Shown: positions 1-13,700 of the stretch, piece after piece
How the letters are laid out: the number at the start of each line of letters is the position of its first letter
How positions within the stretch are numbered: the stretch's first letter is position 1
Assembly (NCBI GenBank): GCA_002269645.1
Contig: NIVC01004023.1
Location: forward strand, 1 to 64,000
DNA: 64,000 nucleotides
Origin: Macrostomum lignano
Lineage: Eukaryota
Direction: 5' to 3'
The notes under the pieces: model-generated
The model's input: the letters and a program-made list of their open reading frames with translations, nothing else
What the model was told of the DNA's origin: nothing
Databases searched by the model: none
Position numbers and translations under genes: made by a program

Positions 1-218
1 ATTCTCTTTGGGTAAATTTGCTTTCATCGCTTATACGCCGCTGTTTGCATGTCGCTTTTAAATTGAATTTCAGATGATTCCCATATGTCTAAGTTTTGTC
101 TCAGCCGCTTTAGAGAGCTGATTGGGATCCGAGTCGTCTGCTTAGACACGGAGAACTCATGAACTTTTGTCTGCATTGGAGACAGTTTATTAGAATTCTG
201 ATGGCTTGTTTGTTTGAT

Positions 219-665
219 GTGTCTGTACATGTGTCTTTACATGTGTCTTTACATGTGTCTTTACATGTGTCTCTACATCTGTCTCTACATGTGTCTCTGC
301 ATGTGTCTCTGCATGTGTCTCTACATGTGTCTCTACATGTGTCTCTGCATGTGTCTCTACATGTGTCTCTACATGTTTCTCTGCATGTGTCTCTACATGT
401 GTCTCTACATGTGTCTCTGCATGTGTCTCTGGATGTGTCTCTACATGTGTCTCTGCATGTGTCTCTGCATGTGTCTCTACATGTGTCTCTGCAATGTGTC
501 TCTACATGTGTCTCTACATGTTTCTCTGCATGTGTCTCTGCAATGTGTCTCTACACGTCTCTCTCCATGTGTCTTTACATGTCTCTCTATATACGTCTCT
601 ACAAGTATGTCTCTGATGTGTCTCATGTGTCTCTGCATGTGTCTCTGCATGTGTCTCTACATGTA
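219..665. repeat. 12-bp minisatellite (CATGTGTCTCTA/G)n
   Basis: Unit read directly; explains the HVSL/MCLY periodic ORFs. Confidence 0.95.
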
Positions 666-1529
666 CCGTAGTCTCTCTCGTAGTTACCGTGAAACCTCTC
701 CGAGTGTCTTTTAAAGTATTAATATGTTTTGAGGCTCTTCTCCATGTGTCTTTTTACGTGTGTTCCCTGTGTCATACGTAACATATCACACGTAGCGATC
801 CGCTCTCTCAGTCACTCACGAGAGGACTTGCAGAAGCGCGCAACAAAGAAGGTAAACGCAGGCACAAAGTATTCCATTCCCTGAAGCACCTCTAAACTGC
901 TGACGCAGCTGGCGTCTTCTTTGCCGATAAATTGAAAGTCGAAAATTTAAGCATTTCAAATCGAATACGAGGCTCAGTTAAGAGCGAGTTTTTGTGTCAG
1001 CAATTCCTTCAGTCACTCTCCTCTCCCTTTGTTCGAGCAGCTATCTAGATACCAATGCTTTGCGTCTCAGCCCACTAAGCAAAGCAAGCATTGTCTACAC
1101 TTTTTAGAAGCAGTTTTAACAGCAGTCGCCCAAAACCCATTCATTCAGTGCTCCGGCTGACTGCAGATGCCAACTGGAATTCTGAAAATGCCACTGCCAA
1201 CAACAGAACCGGGACGGAAGCTGAATTTTGGTCTTCTGCAGGTTGTAAAAAACTTAGAGGCAACTTTTTTAACTGGGTGAGCATTTTTACTCAGTGGCTA
1301 GGAATCGTCGAGTTCAGTTATTCCAAAATATTTTTTGGTTGTCAAGCCGTTGTCAAGCTCCGATGCAAGAGAGGATTGTTAGAAAACTGATATAAAGTAT
1401 TGACAATGATTGGAGCACAAGCTATTTTCTACATGAAATATTGGAATTTCAATAGCAATATTTTTAGATAGGCATCGACAAGAGCCTTTCTGGTATTTTT
1501 ATACCTGCTTTCAAGCTCTGATATGCCAA

Positions 1530-2398
1530 CCCCACCCGGTTTCATGCAGCCCCACCCGCTTTCATGCAGCCCCACCCGCTTTCATGCAGCCCCACCCGCT
1601 TTCATGCAGCCCCACCCGATTTCATGCAACCTTCCACCCGATTTCATGCAACCCACCCGATTTCATGCAGCCCCCACTCGATTTCATGCAACCCACCCGA
1701 TTTCATGCAACCCCCACCCGATTTCATGCAACCCCCACCCGATTTCATGCAACCCCCACCCGATTTCATGCAACCCACCCGATTTCATGCAGCCTACCCG
1801 ATTTCATGCAACCCCCACCGATTTCATGCAACCCACCCGATTTCATGCAGCCTACCAGATTTCATGCAACCCACCCGATTTCATGCAGCCTACCCGATTT
1901 CATGCAGCCTACCCGATTTCATGCAGCCCCCACTCGATTTCATGCAGCCTACCCGATTTCATGCAGCCTACCCGATTTTATGCAGCCAAACCCGATTTCA
2001 TGCAACCCACCCGATTTCATGCAACCCACACCCGATTTCATGCAACCTCCCACCCGATTTCATGCAACCTCCCACCCGATTTCATGCAACCCCCACCCGA
2101 TTTCGTGCAACCCCCACCCGATTTCATGCAACCCCCACCCGATTTCATGCAACCTCCCACCCGATTTCATGCAACCTCCCACCCGATTTCATGCAACCCT
2201 CACCCGATTTCGTGCAACCCCCACCCGATTTCATGCAACCCCCACCCGATTTCATGCAGCCAAACCGGATTTCATGCAGCCAAACCCGATTTCATGCAAC
2301 CCCCACCCGATTTCATGCAACCCACCGATTTCATGCAACCCCCACCCGATTTCATGCAACCCCCATCCGATTTCATGCAACCCCACCCGATTTCATGC
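1530..2398. repeat. ~20-21-bp minisatellite (CCCACCCGATTTCATGCAAC)n
   Basis: Unit read directly; PPDFMQ/PTRFHA/PISCN periodic ORFs in all three frames. Confidence 0.95.
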
Positions 2399-2565
2399 AC
2401 TACTCACTCTAGTGGAAGTTCTCTCACCGAAAGACAACACAGAGAGATAAACAAGTTAAGCAACTATCTTACCTTTGAGTTTCCTTGCTCGAGTTTGCGC
2501 TTCAATAAAGCAAAAACTGATTTTAGGTCGACTGGGTTTGGTAGCAGCCTCTCTAATCCTCCCAG

Positions 2566-2793
2566 TCCGGTGTCGATTTTGAAGGCTGGGAAGCACTGGC
2601 CGAAGGGAGGTGGGTTGGAAACCAGGCAGCGAGCCAACCAGATTTGCACTGTTGTCAGCCGGAGTCCACAGATGGGGACTCGGCGCTGCCTGAGCTCGCT
2701 GATTGGGTGCCCAAGCAGCTTCAAAACCAATTCCGTCAATCGGTGGCCACACGTGAAGGCAAATTGTTTCCGAAATTGGCCGCGCCGCCGTGA
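2566..2793 (+). CDS. possible isolated terminal exon (75 aa, SGVDFEGWEALAEGRW...KLAAPP*) of an unidentified gene
   Basis: Pyrimidine-rich acceptor TCTCTAATCCTCCCAG followed by a 228-nt open frame ending in TGA; no recognisable homology and no confident upstream exons. Confidence 0.25.
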   Translation, partial: SGVDFEGWEALAEGRWVGNQAASQPDLHCCQPESTDGDSALPELADWVPKQLQNQFRQSVATREGKLFPKLAAPP

Positions 2794-2952
2794 AGACAAA
2801 CACAATCAGGACGCGACAGCCGCAGGCGGCAATTGGGTTCAGCTAGTTTGCCGCTCGAGTTGCGAAGGAAAAGTCCAGTTAGCGATTGACAGATATGAAA
2901 TACGGACGCCGTGTGTGGTAAGCTGACTCGGTCCAGCTCTTCCCAGTCACTT

Positions 2953-3390
2953 TCACAAGCACGAGACTTCACAAGCACGAGACTTCACAAGCACGAGACT
3001 TCGCAAGCACGAGACTTCACAAGCACGAGACTTCACAAGCACGAGACTTCACAAGCACGAGACTTCACAAGCACGAGACTTCACAAGCACGAGACTTCAC
3101 AAGCACGAGACTTCACAAGCACGAGACTTCACAAGCACGAGACTTCACAAGTTCAAAGCTTAAAATTTTACAAGCTCAAATCTTAACCAGCTCAAAGCTT
3201 CACCCACTAAGCACCAGCTCTAAGCTTCATCAGCTCAAAGCTTCACCAGCTCTAAGCTTCACCAGCTCTAAGCTTCACCAGCTCTAAGCTTCACCAGCTC
3301 AAAACTTCACCAGCTCAAAACTTCACAAGCTCAAAACTTCACCAGCTCTAAGCTTCACCAGCTCTAAGCTTCACCAGCTCTAAGCTTCAC
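2953..3390. repeat. 16-bp minisatellite, two variants: (CACAAGCACGAGACTT)n then (CACCAGCTCTAAGCTT)n
   Basis: Units read directly; 11/16 identical, with intermediate units at ~3140-3250. Confidence 0.9.
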
Positions 3391-4006
3391 GCCCATGAGG
3401 AACAGCTACCAAGGCAGCAGAGACTGCACCTACACAACGGGCATAACTTCTTGCCTCGCTGATATCTGCGGGTCGACTCTATCATTATATGAAGGCTTAT
3501 GCCTGAAGCGCATTCAATAGTGAATTCTACTCCATACGAAATGCACAATTAGCCGCATATTGAGAACCGATCGTGACCCCAGCAGAAAGCTGAATTCATA
3601 TTTAGGCTCTTCATATAGACGTGAGTCAGGCACCTGCTGTTCCTTTATTCTCTTGGTTATTCGCTTTCGAGTTTTGTTGCTTCATGTCGGCATGCAAATT
3701 TTCTTAATTAAACTGACCCGCTGCAGTATTGCGAATAGAAAATGTTCAGAACCGGGGGAATACATCCAGATCAGAGCTACCAAATCTGGTCACATTGTGG
3801 CACATTCATCCTAATCCTATAGGTTTTTTGGATGCAAACCAATACAAAATTTGGAATTCGGGTTTTTGCTTGTCGTCTGGAATGTTAAGTAATATTCACC
3901 TAACTACTTCAAGTAGGAACAAAAACATTTGCTTATATGATTACAATTATACGCCAAAAACGCTTTTTTAGATTTCATGAGATAAAACTCGATAGAGACA
4001 AGACAC

Positions 4007-4417
<411 letters not shown>

Positions 4418-5327
4418 GGCCTAGCAATTAAACTCCCCCATAAGCCAGTACAGCGCCGTACTGCAGCTGAGCTTCAGGCAGAAGCGCTCTAAGCATGCCG
4501 GGCCGGCTGTCATTAAAGATGCAGACAGGCGCAGTCGCCTACGGTCGGCCCAATCCCGCGGAGTCCAACAATAGAGAAGGCAGCTGAGCCCCCGCGCACA
4601 CGCCTAGCTATGCAGATTGCGGGCCCATTGTCAGGATATGGGGGAGCCGGTCTCGTTCCGCTGTCCTTAGCTGAACTCATTTGGTCCTTAAGGCAATAAT
4701 GTCGCATATATTTTTAGTGCTTCCAATAAAATCACAAATTACGGCATTCCAAAACCTTTTTTTGACAATTCAAAACTTAGATTGGCGCTTAGATACCCAG
4801 TTTGGCGCCTGAACATCAATTTAAGAGCCTTAATACTCACGTAGGTGCTTATTTTCGCACTTTAATAAAAAGAATAACAAACAAATTTACAACATCAAGC
4901 TTTAAAATTACCAGTTGAAGGGTAAACTTTACCTTAGTATCTAATAAACCTAATTTTTTAGACGCATACTACTAAGGCAAAAATAGTACTCGTATATTAG
5001 AAATTTAAAACTTCGAATTGCATGAACTTCTTTCTAATGAAATCAAACAATTATTTTTTTTACTTTTGGCGCCCATTTGAATTTGACAGTGGAATAAAAA
5101 CAGTAACTACTGTGAACCGTATTGGTGAAAAAAATTACGAGTACACAACTTGATGCCTGAATACAGATTACGTCATACTTTGTATAACTAAGCTTTAGCT
5201 GTCAGAGCGCAGTTTCTACGAGCTAGGAAACAAATTCTAAAATATGAGATTTAAAGTTTGCCTGATTTATTGTATAGCATTTCAAAGTTTTCCGGCGCCA
5301 TCTGGAGCCTCATAAGTGAGCCACAAT

Positions 5328-6478
5328 CTACTTCTTGGCTTCGTCGTACGTGTCGGCGTTCTTGTAGCCGCTGACGTAGCCTTCGTTCTTGGCCACGTCC
5401 TCGCGACCCTCCTTGCCCTTGCCTTTGCCCGAGTCGGCGTCAAATCGCTCCTTGTGAGCGCCCGTGTAGCCTTTGACATCCGTCAGGCGCTTTGTGGCGC
5501 CGTCCTTTGAGGCGGCCTGCCATAGCAAATTTCAATTAGTAATATGTTTTGCTGCGAACGGATTTACCAAAGACTGTTTTATACGTGTTTAGTACAAGGA
5601 CCACTAGCTGTATAGGCTATGGAGATGGGTGGGTGCAGTGCCATGGCCATAGACTATTTAGATGCGCGGGTGCAGTGGCCGTAAACTATTTAGATGGGCG
5701 GGTACAGTGGCCATAGACTATTTAGATGGGCGGGTGCAGTGGCCATAGACTATTGAGATGGGCGGGTGCAGTGGCCATAGACTATTTAGATAGGCGGGTA
5801 TAGTGGACATGAGTGGGTGCAGTGACTATTATATATTATATATGCATGAGTGACTATTAAGATGAGTGGGTGCAGTCGTGCAGTGGCCATAGACTATTTA
5901 GATGGGCGGGTGCAGTGCCGTGGCCATAGACTATTTAGATGGGCGGGTCCAGTGGCCATAGACGATTTAGATGAGCGGGTGCAGTGCAGTGGCCATAGAC
6001 TATTTAGGTAAGCGGGTTCAGTGGCCATAGATTATTTAGATGGGCGGATGCCAAGGGAATCCCTTACCGTGGCACCGTGAGCGGTCGGCTTTTTCTCTGA
6101 AATCAACTTCTTGACTTCCTCCTCGGCCTTGTCGGCACTTTCCACTTTCTTCTTTGTAGCCGCTTCGGCGCAGAAGTGCTTCAGAAAGTTGCAGAACTGG
6201 TTATAGTCCAGGTCTCTGCATTGGTAGAACATTTTATTCAGACTCAATTATTCTGAATTCTAAGGAATTCATAGTGTCAATTATTTCCCATTACCCTTTG
6301 ATCTTCTCCTTGCCTTAAATGAGGACACCGAGATGTCCATGTCATTCGAAGTCAACTTGAGCGCTTTGAAAACGCCGCAATCCGTGAAAATCTTCTTAAT
6401 AGTTTTGTCGCTAGCCTTGTCCGAACCTTTCTTTGTGGCGTCGCAGAAAGCGACAAAGCTCGACTTTAGATCGGCCAT
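5328..6478 (-). CDS. TPPP: Tubulin polymerization-promoting protein (p25-alpha family), 3 exons
   Basis: Exons 6478-6295, ~6215/6213-6068, 5516-5328 with GT-AG boundaries. C-terminus [48 protein letters not shown] matches the p25-alpha signature (RLTD..KYTGSHKERFD..GKGKGK.GR....GYV.GYK). The exon 1/2 junction has a phase ambiguity (see findings). Confidence 0.93.
5630..6030. repeat. ~32-bp minisatellite (GCAGTGGCCATAGACTATTTAGATGGGCGGGT)n in TPPP intron 2
   Basis: Direct. Confidence 0.9.
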
Positions 6479-6994
6479 GATTTTTCTTCTTAGAAAGTTT
6501 GAAAATATTCGCCTACGAGCGGAGCGGATCAGAGAGATTAGGCTCAGTTCTGTCTGGCTTTTCAAGGAATATTGTGTACCCGCGCATGAGCTCGCGAGAG
6601 TACACTTGGGCCATGAACTTCTCCCACTCCCCTGTCTGTCCCCCCACCCTCTATCCAGCTCTGTTTGCGTTGCTAGGGGAAGGGGACCAAATCCTACCCC
6701 CTAGCTTATAATTCCCTCCGCGGGAAGAGATTTTAAGCGCATCTAGCGGAGCCCAGTTGTTGCCGGGAACACTGAGCGTGGTTGGGTGGTGGGCTAAGTT
6801 CCCATATAGCGTCAAGCTCAGCTCCTGTTATTTTATTCGTTAAAATTTCATTGCAAATGAGCGCACGAACTACTGCGAGTAGTTAAGCAGTTTATAATTT
6901 GTTTCAGTTCTTCAGTTCAATTCAGTTCTTCAGAGTGACAATCTTAACATCCCTCTGGAGAGCACCAAATGAAGAAATATTTTATTACCTAACC

Positions 6995-7503
6995 TCTCCT
7001 GACCCCCCTGATGCTTGGCGTCTAGCCTCCCCTGACCCCCTGATGCTTGGCGTCTAGCCTCCCCTGACCCCCCTGATGCTTGGTATCTCAGCCTCCCCTG
7101 ACCTCCCTGATGCTTGGTATCTCAGCCTCCCCTGACCCCCTGATGCTTGGTATCTCAGCCTCCCCTGACCTCCCTGATGCTTGGTATCTCAGCCTCCCCT
7201 GACCCCCCTGATGCTTGGTATCTCAGCCTCCCCTGACCCCCTGATGCTTGGCGTCTCAGCCTCCCCTGACCCCCTGATGCTTGGCGTCTAGCCTCCCCTG
7301 ACCCCCCTGATGCTTGGCGTCTAGCCTCCCCTGACCCCCCTGATGCTTGGTATCTCAGCCTCCCCTGACCTCCCTGATGCTTGGTATCTCAGCCTCCCCT
7401 GACCCCCCTGATGCTTGGTATCTCAGCCTCCCCTGACCCCCCTGATGCTTGGCGTCTCAGCCTCCCCTGACCCCCTGATGCTTGGCGTCTCAGCCTCCCC
7501 TGA
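6995..7503. repeat. ~33-bp minisatellite (CCTCCCCTGACCCCCCTGATGCTTGGCGTCTCAG)n upstream of TPPP
   Basis: Direct; ~15 copies. Confidence 0.93.
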
Positions 7504-8957
7504 TCGGTCTGATGCTCGCATTTCAACCTCACCTGACCACAGATCGATCTACTCTCAACCAGATGAGATTGATCTACTCTCAACTAAGATGAGATTGATC
7601 TACTCCCAACTAGATTAGATTAATCCACTCTATAAGATTAACCCACATTGAAGGGAAGCACAAAAATTGCCCACCGAGATTTGCCCGCAGTGTTTAGTAA
7701 GTCTTATAATGAGCATCTGTAACCGTAATCGGATTCCAAAAAGGCCAGAGCAGCAGACTGAGAGGGGGTAACGCTACACTGATTAAAGAGAATTATCGAT
7801 ATTTTTCTGCCACAACGCAAACCTAATTACTGAAATGGAGTCAAATTACCTCGCATTTTAATTTAACTGCCCAACAGAGGATTTGAGACACAGAATACGA
7901 GGGCGAGGGTTAAACGGACACAAGATTCGAGCTGAACCAATTAAGCTTAGATTTTCTGAGAATTCAGTTCAAAATGCAGAAAGAAAAGAGAAAAATTGCG
8001 ACATCTTTCTGCTGCCGAGAATGCTGCTGGATGAGTGGATTTTTTTATTCGAACTCGTTGCAAATAGTTGAAAAACCCTAATTAGAGCGGGATCAAACTA
8101 CCTAGGGATTTGGGGAGGCCCTGGGACTCAAAATACCTAGGGATTTAGGGAGACCCTGGGATTCAAACTACCTGGGGATTGAGGGAGGCCTGGACTTGAA
8201 CAATCTGAATTGCCAATCTTAACATTTAATAGAGATTGAAATTCAGCAAAATTGAAACTATATTATGCAATTTTGAGCTGTTCTAGCTAATATTTAGCGT
8301 AGGAAAAAGATGGCCAAATAGTGAAGCCTAGATCACTGTGGAGCGTACATTATATTTTTTATAAATTTATGAATCAAATATTAAAATTATAATTAATAGT
8401 TCAAATATTGGTATTAAAAATTAGGTTTCAGCGTAACGCGCTATGTGCCAAATTGTAAAAAGTGTGAAAAACATAATATATGCATAAATAAACAATAACA
8501 ATATATATATGATCTTTTAATCTCTGCAATCATTACATAATACCGTCAGCTTTATCTAAACAGATGTGACAGGCTAAGAAAAAAATGCCCTGCAAAAAAC
8601 AAGACACGGAACACTTGTATACATTAATAATATAGCAGGTAAAGACGACAGCTGTACTGCTTATGTTTTTAAAACTCTTCAGTTGAGTCGGGTTTGAGAG
8701 CTAAAAAAGTACACTAAAAGTATAATATAGGTCCGAGCAGCTGAGAACGACAGGCAATAAAGTCAATAAATAAACCGAGGAATGCTAGGACCCGCCAGAC
8801 CAAATAGGCAATTGAGTCCTGCTGTAGCATTAATCAAGGTATAAAGGTAATTACGATAATTACCTGGTAAATAAAAAAAGCCTGAAGATAAGATACTATA
8901 ATTTAGATAGGAAAAGACTAACTATAAATACTAGTAGATAACAACATAAAACTGGGG

Positions 8958-9031
8958 GGTCCGTCGTGGCAGGAGCGGTATCGCATCGTTCTGTTGTCCG
9001 GAGGACCCGGGTTCGAGTCCCGGTGTGGCCA
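8958..9031 (+). mobile_element. tRNA-derived sequence (probable SINE head or tRNA pseudogene)
   Basis: A-box-like TGGCAGGAGCGG (8967-8978), B box GGGTTCGAGTCC (9009-9020), perfect T-arm CCGGG-TTCGAGT-CCCGG; acceptor and anticodon stems pair poorly. Confidence 0.65.
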
Positions 9032-9683
9032 AATAAATTCGGCTCAAGATTTCGCGTGTCTGGAGAGACCACAGAATCGATGTGAGATGAGATAGAATAG
9101 ACTGAGATAAAATAATATGCCAAGATAGTAGAGACAGCTAAGACATAAAATGAGAGATCGCAGATGATTAAAAAACAAGGCATTGAAGGAATATAGCAGA
9201 GAGATCTGCGCATTCACGCTACAACATATAGCAGTACAGAAATAGTGAATGAGTATATTATATATATAGATAGGGCAATGCAGACTTCAAGTCAGACATG
9301 CTTGGGGACATCGCATGTTGGCAAGCGAACAGCTATACGAAATAAATACTAATATAACATTAATACAATCTACAGGAGAGTTATATCGTTACTTCGCTTA
9401 TAATATATCAGTTCATGCTCAGCAATTACACAAAATATTTAACTGCTCAAAAACAATTGTATAAAACTGAGTAAACAGTGCATAGAAACCTGGTAAAAAG
9501 TTATGCAGTCGGACTAGAAAAAACCGTTTGCTTTGCATCTTGAAAAACAATATAAACAAAAGGAAAGTCGATTCGTTCAACAATACATTGTTGGTGAGAC
9601 AATGCGACTAGAGAGTGAGTCAGAGTAGTACAATGCGAGGCTCGTGTATGCCAATTGTCAGGCAGCTACTGGCTTTTAACATC

Positions 9684-10643
9684 TGATGGGATGGGGCGAT
9701 TCTTGATTGGGATGGGGCGATTCTTGATTGGGATGGGGCGATTCTTGGATGGGATGGGGCGATTCTTGATTGGGATGGGGCGATTCTTGATTGGGATGGG
9801 GCGATTCTTGGATGGGATGGGGCGATTCTTGATTGGGATGGGGCGATTCTTGATTTGGATGGGGCGATTCTTGATTGGGATGGGGCGATTCTTGATTGGG
9901 ATGGGGCGATTCTTGATTGGGATGGGGTGATTCTTGATTGGGATGGGGCGATTCTTGATTTGGATGGGGCGATTCTTGGATGGGATGGGGCAATTCTTGG
10001 ATGGGATGGGGCGATTCTTGATTTGGATGGGGCGATTCTTGATTGGGATGGGGCGATTCTTGGATGGGATGGGGCGATTCTTGATTGGGATGGGGCGATT
10101 CTTGGATGGGATGGGGCGATTCTTGATTGGGATGGGGCGATTCTTGATTGGGATGGGGCGATTCTTGGATGGGATGGGCGATTCTTGATTGGGATGGGGC
10201 GATTCTTGATTTGGATGGGGCGATTCTTGATTGGGATGGGGCGATTCTTGATTTGGATGGGGCGATTCTTGATTGGGATGGGGCAATTCTTGGATGGGAT
10301 GGGGCGATTCTTGATTGGGATGGGGCGATTCTTGATTTGGATGGGGCGATTCTTGATTGGGATGGGGCGATTCTTGATTGGGATGGGGCGATTCTTGATT
10401 GGGATGGGGTGATTCTTGATTGGGATGGGGCGATTCTTGATTTGGATGGGGCGATTCTTGGATGGGATGGGGCAATTCTTGGATGGGATGGGGCGATTCT
10501 TGATTTGGATGGGGCGATTCTTGATTGGGATGGGGCGATTCTTGATTGGGATGGGGCGATTCTTGATTGGGATGGGGCGATTCTTGATTTGGATGGGGCG
10601 ATTCTTGATTGGGATGGGGCGATTCTTGATAGGGATGGGGCGG
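9684..10643. repeat. 21-bp minisatellite (GGGATGGGGCGATTCTTGATT)n
   Basis: Direct; ~45 copies just downstream of the membrane-protein gene. Confidence 0.96.
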
Positions 10644-10798
10644 TTCAAGAGGTATGAAGAAGCAATTTTCTGGTAGCGCGAAAGGCAGACTATTCCAATT
10701 TTAAATATATTCGTCGAATGAATAATAGCGAAGCACACATTTCGCGGCGGAAGAAGACGGGCGAAAGCAGTAGCAACATCCAGCGGGCGGCTACGCAT

Positions 10799-13700
10799 TC
10801 ACAAATCCGTTCTCTCAGGGTGCATGCAGGAGGCGTAGGACGGCGGCAGGGTGGTTGAGACCTCTTCCAGCGGCGGCGTCACCGCATCCCGACCGTGCGG
10901 CGCTCTGCCGCCCGTTTTGCCGCCGCGATGCCGCGAATTTGACGACGGAGCGGCGAAGGCAACGGCGGCGGCGCCGGGATCGCCTGTAGGGTTGAGCAAC
11001 TCGTCCGCGGCGCCGTCAAAGTCGTAGACGATGCCGCCGCCGCCGCCGGCGCCGCCGAGGCCGATGCCGGCGTGTCTCGGACTCGGCGCCGGCGCCTTGC
11101 AGCAGCGGCGCATGCAGGCGATTCGTTGCCTGCGAAATACGCTGTCCAAGGCTAGCAGGACCAGTATGATGAGCCCGGCGCCAAGGACCACTATGAATAC
11201 CTGGACGGGATGCCATGATAATATGGTATACGGCTCCGGTTCAAGACTTTGTTTTTCGGGTAGAGGCGGTTCTCATTGGGATGGGAGCGATTCTCATTGG
11301 GGTGGGGGCGATTCTCATTGGAATGGGAGCGATTCTCATTGGGTGGGGCGATTCTCATTGGAATGGGAGCGATTCTCATTGGGGTGGGGGCGATTCTCAT
11401 TGGGATGGGGGCGATTCTCATTGGGATGGGGGCGATTCTCATTGGGTGGGGGCGATTCTCATTGGGGTGGGGGCGATTCTCATTGGGATGGGGGCGATTC
11501 TCATTGGGATGGGGGCGATTCTCATTGGGATGGGGGCGATTCTCATTGGGGTGGGGGCGATTCTCATTGGGATGGGGGCGATTCTCATTGGGGTGGGGGC
11601 GATTCTCATTGGAATGGGAGCGATTCTCATTGGGGTGGGGGCGATTCTCATTGGGATGGGGGCGATTCTCATTGGGATGGGGGCGATTCTCATTGGGATG
11701 GGGGCGATTCTCATTGGGATGGGGGCGATTCTCATTGGGATGGGAGCGATTCTCATTGGGGTGGGGGCGATTCTCATTGGAATGGGAGCGATTCTCATTG
11801 GGTGGGGGCGATTCTCATTGGAATGGGAGCGATTCTCATTGGGATGGGAGCGATTCTCATTGGAATGGGAGCGATTCTCATTGGAATGGGAGCGATTCTC
11901 ATTGGGATGGGGGCGATTCTCATTGGGATGGGGGCGATTCTCATTGGGGTGGGGGCGATTCTCATTGGGGTGGGGCGATTCTCATTGGAATGGGAGCGAT
12001 TCTCATTGGGATGGGAGCGATTCTCATTGGAATGGGAGCGATTCTCATTGGAATGGGAGCGATTCTCATTGGGATGGGGGCGATTCTCATTGGGATGGGG
12101 GCGATTCTCATTGGGATGGGAGCGATTCTCATTGGGATAAGGGCGATTCTCATTGGGATGGGGGCGATTCTCATTGGAATGGGAGCGATTCTCATTGGGT
12201 GGGGCGATTCTCATTGGGGTGGGGCGATTCTCATTGGGATGGGGGCGATTCTCATTGGGATGGGGGCGATTCTCATTGGATGGGGGCGATTCTCATTGGG
12301 GTGGGGGCGATTCTCATTGGGATGGGGGCGATTCTCATTGGGGTGGGGGCGATTCTCATTGGAATGGGAGCGATTCTCATTGGGTGGGGGCGATTCTCAT
12401 TGGGATGGGGGCGATTCTCATTGGGATGGGGGCGATTCTCATTGGAATGGGGGCGATTCTCATTGGGATGGGAGCGATTCTCATTGGAATGGGGGCGATT
12501 CTCATTGGGATGGGAGCGATTCTCATTGGGATGGGAGCGATTCTCATTGGAATGGGGGCGATTCTCATTGGGATGGGAGCGATTCTTACTGGGATGGGAG
12601 CGATTCTTACTGGGATGGGGCGATTCTCATTGGGATGGGGGCGATTCTCATTGGGATGGGAGCGATTCTCATTGGAATGGGGGCGATTCTCATTGGGATG
12701 GGAGCGATTCTTACTGGGATGGGAGCGATTCTTACTGGGATGGGGCGATTCTCATTGGGATGGGGGCGATTCTAATTGGGATGGGAGCGATTCTCATTGG
12801 AATGGGGGCGATTCTCATTGGGTGGGGGCGATTCTCAGTGGGATGGGAGCGATTCTCATTGGGATGGGGGCGATTCTCATTGGGATGGGAGCGATTCTTA
12901 CTGGGATGGGAGCGATTCTTACTGGGATGGGACGATTCTCATTGGGATGGGAGCGATTCTCATTGGGATGGGAGCGATTCTTACTGGGATGGGAGCGATT
13001 CTTACTGGGATGGGAGCGATTCTTACTGGGATGGGGCGATTCTCATTGGGATGGGAGCGATTCTCATTGGGATGGGAGCGATTCTTACTGGGATGAGAGC
13101 GATTCTCATTGGAATGGGGGCGATTCTCATTGGAATGGGGGCGATTCTCATTGGGATGAGAGCGATTCTCATTGGGATGGGAGCGATTCTTACTGGGTTG
13201 GGGCGAATTTCATTGGGGTGGGGGCGATTCTCATTGGGATGGGAGCGATTCTTACTGGGATGGGGCGATTCTCATTGGGTGGGGGCGATTCTCATTGGAA
13301 TGGAGCGATTCTCATTGGATGGGGGCGATTCTCATTGGATGGGGGCGATTCTCATTGGGATGGGAGCGATTCTCATTGGGATAAGGGCGATTCTCATTGG
13401 GATGGGGGCGATTCTCATTGGAATGGGAGCGATTCTCATTGGGGTGGGGGCGATTCTCATTGGGTGGGGGCGATTCTCATTGGGATGGGGGCGATTCTCA
13501 TTGGGATGGGGGCGATTCTCATTGGGATGGGGGCGATTCTCATTGGGGTGGGGGCGATTCTCATTGGGATGGGGGCGATTCTCATTGGGGTGGGGGCGAT
13601 TCTCATTGGAATGGGAGCGATTCTCATTGGGTGGGGGCGATTCTCATTGGGATGGGGGCGATTCTCATTGGGATGGGGGCGATTCTCATTGGGATGGGGG

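Noticed and set aside
75-1245. Possible plus-strand exons at ~75-160, 811-851 and ~1150-1240
   Set aside because: Plausible splice signals, but no recognisable protein and no consistent gene model.
8958-9031. Functional tRNA gene
   Set aside because: A/B boxes and T-arm are present, but the acceptor and anticodon stems do not pair convincingly.
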